Source: Nitrososphaeria archaeon
GTDB taxonomy: Archaea; Thermoproteota; Nitrososphaeria; JACIWG01
NCBI GenBank assembly: GCA_050011875.1
Contig: JBEKIG010000016.1
Span: 31,088 to 95,087, forward strand
Length of the DNA: 64,000 nt
Direction of reading: 5' to 3'
This document shows, in pieces, positions 61,076-64,000 of this stretch; the stretch's first letter is position 1, and each line of letters opens with the position of its first letter. The position numbers were made by a program, and so were the translations under genes. The notes under the pieces were generated by a model. That model made no database searches and was not told the origin of the DNA. It was given only the letters and a program-made list of their open reading frames with translations.

Positions 61076-61774
61076 TTAAGCCATCTCTGGATAGGGGGTA
61101 ATTATTATTCCATCCTGTGCACCTATTGTGTACTGGTAGAACTTCATGTCATGGTTTGTGCCTCTCATTTTCAGTGCGACCATCCTCCTTTTTAGTTCAC
61201 CTTTAACTGGTATTGTCTCGAATCGGATAATTCCGTCCGCGGTGAATTCTTCTACGCCTGATCCTAGATTGTCCTCTCCCCAAGGTGTCTCGGAAATAAG
61301 TATGCTTGTGCAGTCCAACTTTCTTAGTAATTTTTGAATTACTGAAAGCGAACTCCTAATCTCCATCTTCTCTCCAAATGCAGCAGTTATTGCAGTTACA
61401 GAGTCGATGACTATCCTTTTCGCTCCGAAAACTCTAGTCTCCTCTAATATCATGTCGAGTATGGTTTCCAAGCTTCCTTTCTTCATCGCCAAAAGGTCGA
61501 ATATCTTGATCATCCCTTGATTTTCTAAAGTTTCGAAGTCCCATCCAAGTGCTAGCATCAAATGCTTGAAGACCTCCGAGCTTTCATTGAAGGTTACAAA
61601 GACTCCTTTCTCAGAGAAACGTGTAGCCCCGTTGTAAATGAACTGTGCAGCGGCAATGGTCTTTCCTGTTCCAGGGCCGCCCGCGAGCAGAATTACGGAA
61701 TTCTTTGGAACCCCCCCGTTGAGGATCATATCTAGCGTGTCTATGCCAGTGCGGACTCTTTCTATTGAAGCCAA
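61076..61774 (-). CDS. Single-domain KaiC/RAD55-family ATPase
   Basis: 'TGIDTLD..LNGG', 'GGPGTGKT', 'IVIDSVT', 'DGII', 'KMRGT'. Confidence 0.92.
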   Translation of the reverse strand: MASIERVRTGIDTLDMILNGGVPKNSVILLAGGPGTGKTIAAAQFIYNGATRFSEKGVFVTFNESSEVFKHLMLALGWDFETLENQGMIKIFDLLAMKKGSLETILDMILEETRVFGAKRIVIDSVTAITAAFGEKMEIRSSLSVIQKLLRKLDCTSILISETPWGEDNLGSGVEEFTADGIIRFETIPVKGELKRRMVALKMRGTNHDMKFYQYTIGAQDGIIITPYPEMA

Positions 61775-62437
61775 CTAAGTCGTCCTTCCGCTTATCTCAA
61801 ACTTAAACTTAATTAAGTTGTCTGTGGATTCCTCCTCTTCTTTTCTCAATGATACCCTCCTATGGGTGATCTCCTCCATACCACCGCAGACAACTCCCCT
61901 GACCATAATTTGCGCAATTTTGTTCTTGAATGGGACCTTTGAGACTGTCATTGTTCCCGTACCCTTTTCGTAATCTATTTCGTTGTATACTGGTTCCCCC
62001 CAGCCTCTTAGTTTAAGAAGCTGTCCAAAGTTTAGGATCAGCTCGTTTTGACTTTTACCCGAATTACCTAACGTTTTCCCAATGCCCTTTCCGATCGACT
62101 GTCCTATGTTGAACAATATAACCGAGCCACCAACACCGAAGATATCCTTTATTGTCGACATTAAAATATCCCATTCGGATGCAGTGGTTTCGATAAAGTC
62201 CTCCTCAGGTGTTTGTGTTTCCACCTTTACTAATTCTGTATTGATCAACACCTTATTGACTTCTATCCGGTAGCCTTTGATAATGCCCATTTCTTCCATC
62301 TTCTTTATTCTCCTCGCTATGGTTCTATCTGAGGATCCGACCTGTTTAGCGATCTTCTTGCATTCAATGCGCGCGTTCTCCATTAGAATATCAAGAATCT
62401 TCAGGTCTATGTCATCGACACTTGGATTACCCAACAT
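61775..62437 (-). CDS. AsnC/Lrp-type HTH plus V4R-like domain regulator
   Basis: 'DDIDLKIL..L.ENAR....IAK.VG.S..TIARRIKKME..GIIKGY' then 'ILFNIG..IG...LRGWG...RGVVCG'. Confidence 0.82.
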   Translation of the reverse strand: MLGNPSVDDIDLKILDILMENARIECKKIAKQVGSSDRTIARRIKKMEEMGIIKGYRIEVNKVLINTELVKVETQTPEEDFIETTASEWDILMSTIKDIFGVGGSVILFNIGQSIGKGIGKTLGNSGKSQNELILNFGQLLKLRGWGEPVYNEIDYEKGTGTMTVSKVPFKNKIAQIMVRGVVCGGMEEITHRRVSLRKEEEESTDNLIKFKFEISGRTT

Positions 62438-62450
62438 ACCACTTGTATAT

Positions 62451-62508
62451 ATGTCAACTAGCGTTATAAAAGACTTTCTTTGACACCATTTATGTCAATT
62501 TTTGACAT
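62451..62508 (-). promoter_or_regulatory. TATA box with four TGTCAA operator half-sites
   Basis: TTTTATAA on the minus strand at 62464-62471; ATGTCAA-ttt-TTGACAT at 62492-62508; extra half-sites at 62452 and 62480. Confidence 0.7.
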
Positions 62509-62711
62509 TAATTTATGTTAATTATTGTGGAAGTATTAACAATATTCATACTTCTTTAATAAAGAGTACTCTCTAAATCCCTCGTTACTCTATAAACTTT
62601 TTCAACCTTATTTATTTTTGGATTGTAGACATCATTCTTAGCCTTGTTTATTGTCTCTTGTAGAAGGAAAAAGGTAATTAGAAGCTCTTTCTCATCATGT
62701 TGGATATTCAT

Positions 62712-63299
62712 TTACAATGCTTTTGATTTGTAGCATAGGGTTAGTATTCCATCTACGCATAATGGAGAAAGTTTTCCCTCAGATTCCACTTTAACACACA
62801 GCGCCTTTAAATCGCATCTTGGGCACATTTGCCCAATTATCTGGTTCATGTCGAGATCGAGTAGCTTATTCTTATCGAAGACTTCATATGCGAACTTCAG
62901 GTACTTTCCTTCAGCAATCCTCGGAACCAAGTATTTTGCTCCTTCAAGCCCATGTTCAACCGTCCAAAACTCGTAAAGCCTCCTTGAACCCTTCAATGAA
63001 TTGCAGTTCCTGCAGATCCAGACCACGTTCTTCTCGTCATCCGGACCGTTGAGAGAACGTGGCAACAGATGGTCAACAGTAAGATCCCCCTTGCCTCCGC
63101 AGAAGATACATTCATCCTTCCTCTCTTTTTCCTTAACATATTCCATGATCCCGTTCCAGAATATTTCTTCATCCTGAAGCTGCTTAAACTTCATGACAAA
63201 ACCCCAATTCTTCTTGCCGAAGCCAGCTGAATCAGAGATTATCTTAGCATACTGCCACAAGATCAAGTCCCTAACTGATTTAATAGCTTGAGGAGGCAA
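62712..63299 (-). CDS. HNH endonuclease family protein
   Basis: 'CIFCG....LTVDHLLPRS..G.....NVVWICRNCNSLKG'. Confidence 0.88.
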   Translation of the reverse strand: MPPQAIKSVRDLILWQYAKIISDSAGFGKKNWGFVMKFKQLQDEEIFWNGIMEYVKEKERKDECIFCGGKGDLTVDHLLPRSLNGPDDEKNVVWICRNCNSLKGSRRLYEFWTVEHGLEGAKYLVPRIAEGKYLKFAYEVFDKNKLLDLDMNQIIGQMCPRCDLKALCVKVESEGKLSPLCVDGILTLCYKSKAL

Positions 63300-63360
63300 C
63301 TGACTGACAGCTGATTTGACATCGCGGCTACATTTATGCTCTTCGGTTTTAGTTGCATAA

Positions 63361-63385
63361 CCTATACCCGAATGGGTTCAAGTCC
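63361..63385 (-). repeat. Inverted third copy of the IS-TIR-like motif
   Basis: Reverse complement GGACTTGAACCCATTCGGGTATAGG matches the copies at 48710 and 48646. Confidence 0.65.
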
Positions 63386-63832
63386 ACAAGGAAAAAATAT
63401 GAAACCACGAGGTTCTGGTGCACATCGGTTGTTAGATCGTATCGAAGATGTTCGAATCCAGAAATACAAGGCTGACTTCTCCATTAAAATATGATTTTGT
63501 TCTGCCCTTATTTCAATTTTATAAAACAATTAAAAATATAGTTAACTGTTATTTTTTTGATTAGCATTAGAATTGTCCCCTTATGTAATCAAGAAGACTT
63601 TCATCTCCTACTCTTTCTACTGGTCTTAACTCTGTCCAGGATATTGTCCCATTTGCAGAACAGGTTGTATCTGGTGCAAGAACAACAGCTCCTTTCTCAA
63701 TAGGATTTTTATCAACTATCCAAAATATATATTTATTATCTTTTATGTTTTATATCCGATTTGCACCTAACATCCTTTATTTGTGTTTCAATCAATTTTT
63801 CAGCCCTTATATCCCATTAATTAAATAGCCTC

Positions 63833-64000
63833 CTACCTTAGAGGTATTCTGACCTTGAAGGTTGAGCCGACGCCGACCTTACTTTCCACGGATATGCTGC
63901 CACGATTGGCTTCAACTAGCCGCTTGCAAACCACCAACCCTAACCCTTGACCTTTAGCCTTAGTCGTAAACAGGGGGGTGAAAAGCTTGCTCATGTTTTC
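63833..64000 (-). CDS. Sensor histidine kinase, C-terminal HATPase_c part (runs off the window)
   Basis: Manual translation ENMSKLFTPLFTTKAKGQGLGLVVCKRLVEANRGSISVESKVGVGSTFKVRIPLR*. Confidence 0.88.
   Translation of the reverse strand, partial: ENMSKLFTPLFTTKAKGQGLGLVVCKRLVEANRGSISVESKVGVGSTFKVRIPLR

Noticed and set aside
1261-63052. Numerous 60-190 aa antisense or nested ORFs in the ORF track
   Set aside because: They are shadows of well-supported genes on the other strand or frame
63411-63424. IS6-type end GGTTCTGGTGCA
   Set aside because: Single short copy with no partner or transposase in the window
63370-63462. tRNA (GGGTTCAAGTCC and GTTCGAATCC T-loop-like words)
   Set aside because: No cloverleaf can be built, and the first word belongs to the TIR-like repeat

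Overview
About 64 kb of an AT-rich archaeal chromosome. It carries Pus10, an archaeal ATP-dependent ligase, a GTPBP1-family GTPase, a four-subunit POR, AOR, an A24 peptidase and TATA-type promoters; a TACK-group anaerobe is my inference. The housekeeping blocks are etfBA with a GlcD/LctD-like oxidase, porGDAB, iscSU, proBAC and hxlAB. They are interrupted by two decayed tyrosine-integrase elements with the same layout (about 6.98-12.45 kb and 43.97-47.2 kb), a higher-GC surface-protein patch that includes a DUF3494 ice-binding-like protein, and many gene fragments. The strongest candidate for an undescribed system is a tight four-gene operon at 57768-62437. It encodes an HTH-V4R regulator, a KaiC/RAD55 ATPase, a GH3-family acyl-amido synthetase and a 7TM-DUF835 receptor, behind a promoter flanked by TGTCAA operator boxes. 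This could be an archaeal small-molecule (hormone- or quorum-like) signalling circuit. Other notable signals are a roughly 250-nt two-domain structured RNA candidate (17200-17452), a symmetric repeat array (47827-48074), a split TFB-like gene in a mobile element, and an IscS with Asp in place of the PLP-binding lysine. No tRNA, rRNA or CRISPR array was recognised. All family calls come from motif recognition by eye, not from database searches.
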